DNA from: Hydrolagus colliei
Taxonomy: Eukaryota
Assembly (NCBI GenBank): GCA_035084275.1
Contig: CM068748.1
Coordinates: forward strand, 14,322,001-14,386,000
DNA length: 64,000 nucleotides
Reading direction: 5' to 3'
The position numbers and the translations under genes were made by a program. Positions 24,704-37,507 of this stretch are shown one piece after another. A model generated the notes under the pieces. It did not search any database. It was not told the DNA's origin and saw only the letters and a list, made by a program, of their open reading frames with translations. Positions within the stretch are counted from its first letter, which is position 1; each line of letters starts with the position of its first letter.

Positions 24704-27700
24704 CTGTGCAGAAAACAGAGGGTTTAGCTATCAGTACTTCAAAACTGAATGGAGACACTGTTACACCACTTAAGAAATGCAAATACAGCAACTTTCAACC
24801 TTCAGATCCTGATTCAGCTGATCTTGGTGTGGTTCCAAAAAAAATAGAAAAGAAAGTGAAAACTTTTTTTGGAATGTCAGCCACGATATTTACCAGCCAT
24901 TGGTTTATGATTTACTGTCGGCAACAAAAGGTCCAGCGTCCATTTGGCACGGCTGTGATCTGTGGGGGAATGGTTCCTCTACATGGTCATTTCAAGGCTC
25001 GTCGGGCAGCCAGTCACTCTGAACAAACTGTTTAATTCCCTAACCTGCTCCAACTACAACGGTATTGAGAACCGCGCAACCTTCTGTTCACTTTTTACTT
25101 AGTTCACCTTTGTACAAACACACATGGATAAAAAAACGAGAGAAATTTTAGTTCAAGTACTTACTGCTTGGACGTGAGCATACAACCAATGCAACAAGCT
25201 ATATACTATTTCCGTCATGCATATGGCACTCATTGGTGTAAAGATAGATAAATGATGGCAAATAAGGAAATAGCTGACCTGTGGGGTTTTGAAGATGACA
25301 CATCTTGTTGCCAGTTTTTATGATACATATTTTACTGAATATGAACCTCAGCAGAAAATGAATCTTCTTGATTTTTAAAAAAAAGAGTTGTGGTAAAAGG
25401 CTACAATTAGTGCTTTGCAGGTATCACGTAGTTCCAATATAATAACAGCCGCATTTTGTGTTGAGGGTAATTCCCATTAGATCGTTTTCAAACTGAATGT
25501 CACTGTAGACCACCTTGTGCAATGTAAACATCTTTATACAACTTCTCAGAAATCAAAATTCTTCCAGCTTTAAAGAATCGTTCTTTTTTCGTATATTGGC
25601 TTCTTGTAAAACGGTAAATCCCAGCACAATATAAACGGGCAGATTTGTGCGCCTATTTATAGAGATTACTACATATATCATACAAATCAGTACCTCTCAT
25701 TAATGCCGCATGTGATTCTGGTTAAAGAAAGACAATCTGTGACCTAACCTAGGGTCAAATTCTCCCCAGTCAAATTCAGTGTGTGTGTGGGGGGGGGGGG
25801 GGGGGGGAGATTGAAGGGGGAGGAGAAGAGGAGAAAGAGAAGTTTCAAGGGGAGAGATTAATCCCTTAACGTATGAAAAAGGTTCCTTAAACATATTCAA
25901 TCTGCAGATTGTTTCTCATCAGATTACTTACCTGTATTTCAAATTGTAACACAGGCACTGAAGAATACAGTACAGGAAGGACTGCAAAACTAGCAGAAAT
26001 TCCTCTTGCCACAAAGTGTAATGATTGTGACACTGGCAAGCCTACGAAGGACTTTTCCCTTTATACATCATCATAGTAACCCAAGTACTGTAATTTATAA
26101 AGAGAAATTTTGTGTATTTACCGTTGGATGTTCAGATAATTGACACTGTCGAATTGCTAAGAGTTTATGGAGACTTATATACTATGCTGAAACATGAATC
26201 ATATTCAATTAACTATCTCATTCACTACAAAAGAATAGTGAAAACAGCAACTTACTTTCAGCGCACAAATTTTGTACAACTTTTAGTGATATATTTTCCA
26301 TTCAAAGTGAAATGATCTTCAGTGCTTCTCTGAAGTAAACCATATTACACCTAACTTGAAAGCTACATTTGGTTGTATTGAATTACAATTGCAAGACAAA
26401 CACAGTGCTGTGACATGGTAACACAGAGCTTTTGACAGTGAACACACAAAGGTTAATTACAGGCTAACAATCAGATATAAGGCAAGAGAGGTTAGTGTCA
26501 GTGGGTTCGTTCCTAGGAGGATATCAGTGATTCTCTGCATTTGCAGTCAAATGTTGTGAGTCATAGACACCAAACTGCACTATAAAATACAAGTGCAATA
26601 TGTGTTAAACAGTTTCAAGTGTATGAATTTTAGGTGAAATATTTTCAGATGGGAACATGTTTTTGAAACTGTTAAGAAAATGTCTGTAATGTTAATAAAA
26701 ATGACTGACGTTTTCTACCACCATCTTTAATTCTAAGCAAATTCGAGGTTTGACACCTTGGATGACACTATGCAGATCCCTTCCTGTGTGGGGGGTTTCA
26801 GCTATTAACACTGCATGTCCCCTATATCTTTGTTAATCCTTTGAGTGCTGGATGTCCTCTGGAGCTTTCAAAATGTTCAGTTTTTAGAAAGTGTTAGCTT
26901 CCAATGCCGAATCAATCACAAAATTAACAAAATCAAAATGCACCAAATTCACAAAGTAAAATAAAGTGCCGCAATGTTCATACCAATGGTTATACTTGAC
27001 CATGAATCAATACATTCAATACCAGATAAGTACACCCTTGGAATTTAATGTCCCAAACAACTGCACTACCAGAGTAATACTATTGCATAAAATGGTCTCT
27101 ACCCATCCTTCCTCTTCACCATTTACATGGATTGGTGAACTGTTGTATAAATTAAGGTGAGAAGTATTCTCTCCTCTCAGTTTGTACCCAGTAGCAAGAG
27201 TAAGCACTACAGGACTGGTAAATGGCATGAAATTGCATAGGGTTCAGTTATCTAAGATCTGCCCAAATAATGTGTCTTTACACTGAATATCAGAAGAAAA
27301 TCTTGACTCTACCAGGGTGAGAATTCTATTAATCCAACTAGAGCAGATGGACACTGCTATGGTATGTACTCAAGACTACTAACAACTGACTCAATTCCGA
27401 ATCAGATAGCTCTGACCCCATCAGTCTGGACTGAGTGCAATTCCACGTCCCATGTATAAAGGGAAAGTGTGCCAAATCATCCATCCTCTTTATAAGGTAT
27501 TTGTATTGTTCCAATCACATTTGCTGTATGATCCTGTTTGACTGAGGGAGAACAGCCCAGGGTAGACGCATAATCAACTTTGACTAGTAAGATTTGTTTT
27601 CTTACTACTGTATTTGAGACTTTATCCATTAAATTTGGTTTAATCTATTGAAAATTGAACATAAATTGGTTGTGGTACAGAAATACTCATATTGTTACTG

Positions 27701-28246
27701 TGTGCAATTTATTGTAACCTGATTAAAGTCTACTATTTCTTGACAAGCTATGTTTATTGGGATTCAAGCATACTCGTAAAGAAACCTCCCAAATAAAGAA
27801 GAAATATGCTTTGGGTTGCAGACTAATATTTCTGTTTGTGTTAATTCACTGACAAGTGCTAATTGCCACTGGAATCAATCTTGTCAAACAAGTACAAACA
27901 TTGTAGTTTGATGCAGAAGTGCTCCTCCAGTCTTCAAAGGATTACACATGCTTCGCTGATAGATTCTTAGTAAGGCAGAGTTTTTATTCTTTAAAGTGAA
28001 AAACGATGATGATAGAAGAGTCAGTACAATTTCAAAACTGTGCATTTATGCTCCTATAAATGGATAACATGAGCTAAGAGAACGCAGGACAACGTGAGAA
28101 AGGAACAGTACCACAAACAAACAAAAAGGCACAAGCACTCTTAATTTGCCCCAGTGACATCACTGGATGGGATGATCGGGATGGTATGTGCTCTGTGATC
28201 CCGTCGGAGATGAGGTGAAAATTTTTAAGTTGCAAAAGATCCTCAC

Positions 28247-28279
28247 CATTAAATGAACACTGGAACTGGACTTCCTTTT
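28247..28279 (-). CDS. CAMK2G: Nuclear-localisation cassette exon (33 nt): KRKSSSSVHLM
   Basis: ctgttcag|AAA AGG AAG TCC AGT TCC AGT GTT CAT TTA ATG|gtgagg; forms KKRK with the last K of the previous exon. Confidence 0.95.
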
Positions 28280-31200
28280 CTGAACAGTTCAATAAAAGAG
28301 AAGGAAGAGAACAAGAAATTTCCACTGGTTAGATATGAAAAGCACACAGATTGTTGTGGAGGGACAGATGGATTACAACTACATTTTCGGACCAACATAC
28401 ACAGAAAGGTTAAGCTTCTAATCTACCTGGCTCAGTAAAATGATGTGTTTCTTAGCTACCTATGTTTACATATTTACACAGCTAGAAAACATCAAACTCA
28501 TTTCACAGAACGCATGGTGAAATGTTTGTTTGATACAATCTTATCCAAAGGTATGAATGTGTCTCTTTTTTTCTTATACTTCCTGCCTTTTTGCCCATTG
28601 ATGGTAATTCATCAAATGTATTCTGCACAGCAGGTTGTGAGGACTGATTGTTTCAGGGTTTTAATCCATTAGTTTATTATGGAAATAATTATGTTTTAAA
28701 GCCCCATAAACTGGAATAAGAAGTGAATCAATTCTAACTTCTTAAAGATTCTCTTCTTCACCAGCAGAGATGTCTGTCTGAAATTAGCTCAGTACTGAGA
28801 ACTCAAAGCTACCCATCCCCAATCAATATTGATGAGGTAAGTTCCTTTTTTGTTTGCATTATGCTTATGATATGTCAAGTGCAGCCCCCTGCTGCGGAAA
28901 GAGATGGACAACCAGCCCAAGAGAGGGCCTCGCTAGATAATTCAATCTCTCAGAATTGAAAGATAGTGGAGAGGCCTTTACTCCCCGAAGCTGACGAAGG
29001 CTGTGTGGACAGGCACTGATTGGGATAAATGGTAGAATAGATCAAGGAGCAGAAAATCAGTTGGCTGGTAACAAAGTACAGTACTTGTTGTTTCACACCT
29101 GTGTAATTGACTTGCCTGAGCAATTCCTAAAATGTCCACCTCGGATGGAAGGTTTGTTTGATATTTGATGACATTTCTCTGTCTCGTGGCTGTTAGAGAT
29201 TCTAAATCAAAAGAATTTGTCTATTTTTAAACTAATTTGGAACTAAGAACTGTCCTTGAATGTTCAACAACTTAATTTAAAGATGGTGGGGATGGGGGTG
29301 GGGGGAGGAGGAGGAGGAATGGAAAAATATCTTCTACAACACTCCTGTTTAATAGGAAAATAAAAGTATAACCAGGCTAACATCTGAAATGCCTTACGTT
29401 TAAACAACGGGGACTAGTGCCGGCTTTAGCTGATAAATGCTTGGTCTCACTTCTACCTTAATGATCACAAAACAAAATGCAACAGGACATTGTCAGCTGT
29501 CAATTGTGTCATTGGGAGTTGTTGAAGAGTTGAAGTTACTTCCATTGCTTTCTCCATATCAGGACTCAGTTAAAATGCAAATTCTCCATCTCTTGCTTTT
29601 CGGAATTGTTAAGCAACGTGTACAGACTGGGAGAAACAACAACTTCAATTTACACAGCGCCCTCCACACCGGACGGCGTCTCAAGAGCGCTTCAAACAGT
29701 GCAGAGAAAGTGTGACGAGAGAGAGCAGCACATTTACTGTAAAGGCTGACCACTGCTGCTCATCTTCACTGCTGTGAACGAAAGTGTCCACTCAGCCGTA
29801 CGGTCAAAAGGCTCCCAGTCAAGTGTCCGCGCTGTACAATCAGGTAAAAAACAAAGCAGCACACCCAAGCTCAGGTTTTCAAGTGCAGAAGATCAATGAT
29901 AAGTCTTCCTGTCTGAGTGTAAAACGTGAAAGAGATTCTGAGTTTACCTCCAAATTAATTCCTGTGAAGTAGAAGGAGCAATCCTCTAGTATTTCTACTT
30001 TGAATACTGGAGTGATTCTGCTTTACTACTAAGAGGTTACCTCCCACATAGTTTGCACAGTTGTTGCCTTTCTCTTGTGGCAAATGGTATGTGAGAATGT
30101 TCTAGCTGTGGAAGGCATGTATACAGCAAATTTGCCAGGTGTCCGTTGTAACCATTCAAATAGAAAGACACTGTAACCCATTATAACTGTAACCTATCAA
30201 CCTCTTTTTGATTGAAAATATATAAAATTGAGTCTGGTTGTTGTGGTTGACATGGATACATAGCACAAGATAGCAGATGCATTTCTGAGATAAAATACGT
30301 TACCACAGAAACAATGGGCAGGGTTGAGGGTTCCATTTGCTGGCAGTATTTCATGAAAAACCTCAACATTCCTGCATTATTTTCCAGATGACACAGAATG
30401 TAATTGGTATAATCCAAATCAGAGTTAACACTATTAATGTTACAACTTTAGTAATTAATTTTCTGTCACTCAACTGCCAATCGTTCAAAATGAGCACAAT
30501 ATTATTATTTTATAATGCATCCTGCAAATATAAAACCCAAGGGTCACATTTTTTTTTACAAATTTAATTGTGTCCATTTTAAATGTAAGTGTAGAATCTG
30601 GATTGCAATCAATTTACAATTGATTCGTTTTTTCAATTTTTTTTAGATATTTTGGAAACAATCTACAAATGATTCTCACCTATCCTGACTGACCATAGGC
30701 TTTCAAAGTTTTTCTTTTGATCTCTGTATGGAAATATTGAATTACAATTAAGATTCTTACACAATACTGTGTTAATCTGTCTTTTGTAAAGGTTTTCATT
30801 CTGAATGGTGAGTCCTTCGACATAATCATCATCAAGGTACTCAGCAATACAACTCTGTTGGAAAAAATCAGCCAAGTAGCTGATGATTTTGAACCTCTTT
30901 CTCTCTATCCACTCATTCAAATCCCCCATGGGAACATGTGATTCACATATGTATAAATCTTGATCTGGCTGCCTGTGAATGAGTGCTGGAATTAAAAAAT
31001 AATATCTATGTTTGATACAGAGCCTTACCATCAACAATAACAAAATAATAGTTATAGAGGCCTTTCACGTCGGGATGATGTCTCAAGGACCACGTCGGAA
31101 TATCTGGTTCACATGAGTGACACTTTGGCTCTGATTATCAGGCCTCTCATGAGTTTCGAGGCTGGCAGTCCAACACTCAGCTGCTCGAGCCACAGTTTTT

Positions 31201-31760
31201 CCTTCTAAAATTTTTGATTTGATGGCAGATATCCTGTCAAGTCATCTCATTTATAAAATAATCCGCAGGTAGTTTTGCTTCTGTGGTACACAGTTGATTC
31301 CATGGCATGATTTCAAAGTTCGCAACTATATGTGCAGAAAAGGATGCACAATTATCCAAACTGTTCTCTGTCTCATCATTCTTCTTAACTTACAACCGAT
31401 TCTGAAATTGCTCAGCATAATTACAATATGAGCCCCTTTTATGGAGTAGATGAGTAGTCTTGAAACAGGATGCTTAAGACCCTTGTGTATATTGTACACA
31501 TCCCTGCTCTGCAAATGCCTTATTTGCATATGCTAGCTCTATTGGTCAATGATTTGGAAACAAATTCTTGTCTATATTCTGGTTGACAGAGTATCACAAT
31601 TATGAACTGCTGCGTGCAAGGCACCACATAAATCTGTAATCCTGGAATTCTCAAACGTCCTATAGATGAATTATGAGTTCAAGGGAAAAGTCATAATGTG
31701 CTGATGAAGTATTCCCCTTTTCATTTGGTCAGATTTAACTGGGGGAAAAAATGACGGTTT

Positions 31761-31789
31761 GCTGGCTGGCTGGCTGGCTGCCTGGCTGG
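31761..31789. repeat. (GCTG)n microsatellite
   Basis: gctggctggctggctggctgcctggctgg. Confidence 0.9.
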
Positions 31790-32101
31790 TAAACACAAGG
31801 CTGATCTGTGAGTGAGCATGCATAAGCAGCTCTCAAATTCCACAGGAACAGCTAAATCAGGCTGAGACACTAGAGTTACAGGTCATCCAGAAACTCTGAT
31901 CTAGAACATCAATAATTTGCATTCTATTGCAAGAGGAACAGTACCAGAGATTACATAGGGAATAAATTAATTTTATTTATATAAATGCTTGCACCTATAT
32001 CTTACTCTGAAAAATAAATTAAATCATAACAGTGCTTTCTCTTTTACCCTTCACCTGCAATACAATTCTGTACAATACTGATAGTCTTTTTTCAAACTTA
32101 C

Positions 32102-32142
32102 CTTGACTCCATCGGTTTTCTTGTTCAGCAAGTTCTTTGCTG
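32102..32142 (-). CDS. CAMK2G: Linker exon (41 nt): AAKNLLNKKTDGVK
   Basis: tttttacag|CA GCA AAG ... GTC AAG|gtaagt; phase 1-0; matches the AAKSLLNKK.DGVK exon. Confidence 0.95.
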
Positions 32143-34184
32143 CTGTAAAAACAGATTTAACAAAATGTAAATGTTGCATGGATTTAGTTTTGTGAAGTTA
32201 AATTACAGTCATGACGAATTTGACTACTGAGGAAAAAATATTCTTTTGAATTGTAGAATATGTTAATAGAACAAGGAAGCTAGTCACTGTTAAAGCAAAC
32301 TACAAACTGAATTGCGAGCTCAAACACACTCGGTCAGGTAATGGAAGTTAGTGTATGGCTCTTACCTTGGTGTATTACACAGTGAAAAAAGGAAAGAAAT
32401 ATAGAGGAAAAAGAATGATGGTTGAGTTGTATTCTTTGATATTGCACAGTTTATTTCTCAATGTAATCGAGCATCATTCCATTCCAAATGCATGTGCATT
32501 GTGTCAATTGTTGGGAGATGGCGTGAGGAGAGGACATTGCGAAGTACACATGCTAGGCGTGTCCTGGATTACATTATACATTCCATAACCCAGAAATGGA
32601 GTGGATTCCATGAGTGAAATGTCCCAACATGGGTATGGATTGCAGCCGCTATGCTGGCATACAGGGTACATCTGTGTTCCGTAGGGGGAAGAGCTGACTA
32701 AATTCTGAGAGGTGTTAGGCAGGCAATCAATCCTCATGCAGCTTGAGAACGCAGAGGTGAGTGGAAGCACTAGTTGAATGAGATGAAGTCAGTGCAGGAT
32801 CAGTGCATGTAGCAAATTAAAAAAGACCTTCAGTTGAAGTTTTTCAGATTGTGCGGGTGATTGCAACATAGTCTTTCAGAATGAAGAGTACATTAGAGCT
32901 CTTCCTTCACGTCCCCAGAAAAAAAGGCTATATCATACCATGTAATGTATTTCTCACATCAAGGTGAAATACACCTATAGGCAACAGCACAGATAGTAAG
33001 AGACCACCTTCACAAAACATGCCCAGTAGGAGTTACCGAAGCATCTCATACACATACACTTTGTAAAGGAGAATGACAGTGATTGTGAGCAGAGAGTGAC
33101 TTTGTAAAGTATTCTACAGGCTTGTGGCTCGTACCTTCCTCAGGTCTCAAGCAATCTGCTCTTTGTTTACAGTTTGCATCTTGAAGTATGCAGTAATGAT
33201 ACACTAAAGAACACTTTGAAATACTCATCATTGATTTACAATCTCTCGAAGGTTCTTCGATAAGAGTTATCTTTCACTGACCACTAGGCACACCGGAGTG
33301 CACAAAATCTCTGCAGCGCACTGTCGCCTGCCTGTCATTCTCTGCAGTTTATGTTTAAAAATGTGTAGATGTGTGTAAAAATATCCATATGCCCGTTTTC
33401 TGCTCAGAAGGAGTGGCAATAACCAAAAGAGTGCTTTCTGTATTCTGGTAGGAAATTACGGACCATTGTGGAAGGCCCTGAAAATGTTTGAAAGTATATA
33501 TGATGAGATTTTGAGTGTGAAATGTGTAGATTTAGATTGTATAGGTTACTTTAGATAATACAACTGGTCTTTCTTTTTTAGTTAACTTTCTGAAATTGTT
33601 ATTGTGATGTACTTGTTTTATAATAAATATAACCTTTTGACTTTCATTGATAGCATTAAGATGCTTTGATGCTCTTTCAGTCATCTTTCTCCTTCCCAAC
33701 CCAACAACTCCCACCCCAGTCTCCAGCACCAAGCCATTATTGTTAAGTGCCATGGTACTGATTTGAAAGGCTCTGTATAAACCTAAATTTGTATTATATT
33801 AGAAAGATATATATTTTCCCTGTTTTGACGCACGCACCGTCTGTATTTTGTATCGGGCGTATTCTGTCCTGTGCAGGAATGGATTTTCAAGTATTAGTGT
33901 TAAAACAATTAACAAATTCCTCCAATTGGAGGGATGGGGGAGGGGGTGAGGGTTCTTGGGAGAATGTTTCCCAAGAATAAAATGTACTCTACCCAGAATT
34001 ATTTTTTTCTCATGTGCCACTTAAAGAGAAAAATGACTGAATTTGTTTCTCATGAGTTATTTCTGTAAGAGGGAAGCTGGACTTAAGCAGTGATGGAGGA
34101 TGGTCTGGATGAAAGGTCATTCCGAGTTAGGTGAAGTGCTCAGTGTGCATGCTGCTCTTCACGGTGCCGTTCGACACCACATAC

Positions 34185-34247
34185 CTTGCTCAGCCAAACC
34201 AGCAGCAGCTGAGGCCGCCGCAGCTGGAGCAGTGGACTGCCTGCCAA
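34185..34247 (-). CDS. CAMK2G: Variable linker cassette exon (63 nt): VGRQSTAPAAAASAAAGLAEQ
   Basis: ccaatag|TT GGC AGG CAG ... CAA G|gtatgt; phase 1-1; homologous to the VGRQ...GL.(G/E)Q exon of CaMKII gamma and beta. Confidence 0.93.
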
Positions 34248-36142
34248 CTATTGGAAGGGAAGTATTTAGTGACAGGAGCCGCAAAGGCCCAAAGATAAAA
34301 AGAGGAACAGCAAAGCCCCGGTGCTCTTTACCGAATGAACACCTGCTAAATCACATCCATCCTGCAAATATATATTGCACATAAGGAAATGCCTAAGGCA
34401 AAATTACAGGTTAAAATGGGTGCTCTTGAGAGGTTAAGATGTATGTATGTTCTTGAGTGATATTAATCAATGAAATGTACGTCTAACAGAATTAGCTATT
34501 CACTGTAGGAACTGAATCAAAGAGGGGAAGTTCCTGGCAGCAATGTAACCGGTTATCTGCTGCAACGCAATTCAAATCTCAGGAGCATCTGTCGATATAA
34601 TAAGTCGATATAAATTAGCAGGGTTAATGCTTCCTCTCTGCAGTAAGGTGCTGTGTTTCTTTCAACCAAAATACCAGAACAAACTGCCTTCAGAAGTGAA
34701 TGCTCTTTAGGCTGCACTGTTTTTATCAGCAACGGTGACCTTTGCCTTTGAAGGGATATTATCTTCATGTATTTTCAAACTGCGTTTGAAAGACTTTATT
34801 TTTGATTTGAAGCATGGCGAGTGTTATAAATAGCGTTAAAACTCACTAGTGCACTATGAAGGAGAGCTTCTCTGCATCTCCCTCCATCCCTTCCTCCCAT
34901 GAAAAAGAACACAGCAGAAAGGTGTACAAAACACATCTTCATGAACACAATGCTCCTTTAATGTCGCATCGCTAATGCTGCAATAACTTTCTGGTGTTGC
35001 AGATTTGCAGCTCTGCCTTCAATGGCAGCCTTGCAAACTAAACAGGACGATGTCAGTCTCTCCAGAGGCACAGAAGCCCACCCGAGGGGTAGTTTTCTCC
35101 ATGTCTCTTAAAGCACCAACCTTAAAAGGATCCACCCTGCTGCATCTTGACTGCACTTGTAGCCATTTTATTCTACAGATCAGGATTGTAATCTCACACC
35201 ATTGTCCTCTACAGACTTCATCCATTCTGTACAAGGCATGTAGAAAACTAAGATCCAAAGTTGGGGTGAGCCGACCTTGCACATGAAGAGTGCAGACTTA
35301 TATATGTAGCTCGTCTGTTACATCAAATTAACTCCACAGTGTAACTGGAGAGAAATCTTTGGAGATGGCAGGACAAGACAAAACATTGCTGTCTCTACTG
35401 AAGTGGCTGTGCAAAGCCCTTGCACAACAAATATCTAGTGTGACATTATGAGGCAAGTATCCTGACAGCTTAACATACCAGTTTTGGGCAACTCATACTG
35501 TTCATAGCCATCACACTGCTTTCTAATTAGAGAACATTACTAAGATACTGAAGTTTCAACAGGTTTTGAGAAGTATACATGTCCTCAGTGCTAAGAAGAA
35601 TTTCCCTTTCACAGTATTGTGTGAAATCTAAAGTGCTATTTGCTTTGGGTGTATCTGCTGCTGAGAGTCGTTGCTTCTTTTCACAGGTTCTCACACACTT
35701 TAATGTGGCATTTAGAAAATATTTGGTACTGTGTAGAGACAAATGTTATCAACCAAGTCATTTATATTGTACACTTACCTGCAGTTTTTACAATGTTTTA
35801 TTATTTTAAAACAGTTTGTTATCAGTGAAACGTGGGGGAAAAAAAGTGGTCCCAATTAATGCACCTCAACAATTAACACATACCGGTAAACATTTCTTAA
35901 GAACAGAGAAACATTTAGCTTTTGTACTGAGGACCTTATGCAAAATTATTATTACTCTCTTGGCCTTCTCAATACTGAATATGAAAAACAATGTGTTACA
36001 TACATTATTATAAATATATAATGGTGGTAGTTACTATGTTCATGTGTGGTTGATTTGTTCATATATACATTAAAGTTACTTTTAAACAGCGGATGGTGCA
36101 CAAAAAAATATGCTTAAAAAATATTCATTTATACAGACCTAC

Positions 36143-36185
36143 CTGAAAAGTTTCTTGTAGCTAACATTGTAGTAAGAATTGCCCC
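36143..36185 (-). CDS. CAMK2G: CaM-binding exon 12-equivalent (43 nt): GAILTTMLATRNFS (T306/T307)
   Basis: ctgttcag|GGG GCA ... TCA G|gtaggt; canonical 43 nt. Confidence 0.96.
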
Positions 36186-36782
36186 CTGAACAGAAAAAAA
36201 TCGGTTAGTGAGTCTTTGACATGTCACATAATAACCTGCACTTGTTAATGTGGGTAAGGAATCTGTCAGAGTTTGACAGGGGAGAAAAAGGATTTGGACC
36301 TTAACCAGAAGAAATGAAATTCAACCAATTTATTATTCATCATTATTCACAATTTACTTCTTGAAAATTACTTATTAACCACAAGCTGTCAAAAGAGACT
36401 GTGTTTCAAGAGACGCCTTAAAGCACTGGACTCTCTGAATAGTTTAATTCTACAAATCTGAAAAATTAAGTCCAAATCAACCTTTTCTACTCATAACCAT
36501 TAATTCTGGAATCTCTGTTCTCATTTATCTTGCTCTGTTTGGCTCAAAGATTCAATTGTGTATAATTAATCGTTTAATCAGTTTCCCTACATTTCATAAT
36601 TTCAGCTCAGCTATCACTACGTAGCTCTAACTGACTTGACTGACTGATTTCTCAGTTATATTTATGAGCTGGAGACCTGTAGAGACTTGTTCTTGGCAGC
36701 TCGCTGATGGGGGGTGGACAAAAATAGAAATGACAGGGGTGATCCTCTCTAATACTTCTGAACAGTCAGGAATTAAGCTTAC

Positions 36783-36866
36783 CTTGAGCTTTCTTCTTGC
36801 ATTGAACTTCCTCAAACATTCCACAGTTTCTTGACGGTGCATCATTGATGCCACAGTAGAACGTTG
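36783..36866 (-). CDS. CAMK2G: Regulatory exon 11-equivalent (84 nt): [28 protein letters not shown] (MM oxidation pair, T287 autophosphorylation site)
   Basis: ttttcag|CAA CGT ... CTC AAG|gtaagc; canonical 84 nt. Confidence 0.97.
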
Positions 36867-36954
36867 CTGAAAAGTGTAAAGTAATGTTCAGTAGTGTTCA
36901 GTGCAGCATGTCTTTATTTAGGGAGAATAGGTCTGTTAGGTTAAGGGGAGAGAT

Positions 36955-37036
36955 TGAGTTGCTCTTTTCAAAGAACCGGCACAGACTAGATGGGCCGAAT
37001 GGCCTTCTTTTGTGCCGTAAAATTCTATGATTCTAA
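36955..37036 (+). mobile_element. CR1-type 3' tail (similar at about 44120-44195 +; CR1 ORF2-end fragment at about 60600-60760 -)
   Basis: GATGGGCCGAATGGCCTTCTTTTGTGCCGTAAAATTCTATGATTCTA with the ATTCTATG terminal repeat. Confidence 0.75.
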
Positions 37037-37342
37037 GTCATATAAGCACAATTAACATATCTTTGGGGGGAATTGCAAGTTAAAATGATCTTTAACTGTC
37101 TATGCTTTTCCCTGCCGGAAACTGGCAGTAAAATGAATTAACGGCCATTTGTAAAAATTAAGCGAATGGAAGTGTGTCTAGCTAACTTGAAGTGTTTAAA
37201 CTATTTAACAATTGCTTTTCACTCGAAAAGCTACTTTACAATGGAATGTTTGGGTAGATTAAAGGGTAAAAATACAGTATATGCAGTATAATCTGGAAAC
37301 AAATCCCCAAATCACCATTAAAGATGGTGGTGATTTTTTTTA

Positions 37343-37507
<165 letters not shown>

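Noticed and set aside
32366-32520. alphaKAP-like hydrophobic alternative first exon ending at the 32366 donor
   Set aside because: All three frames hit a stop upstream before any ATG.
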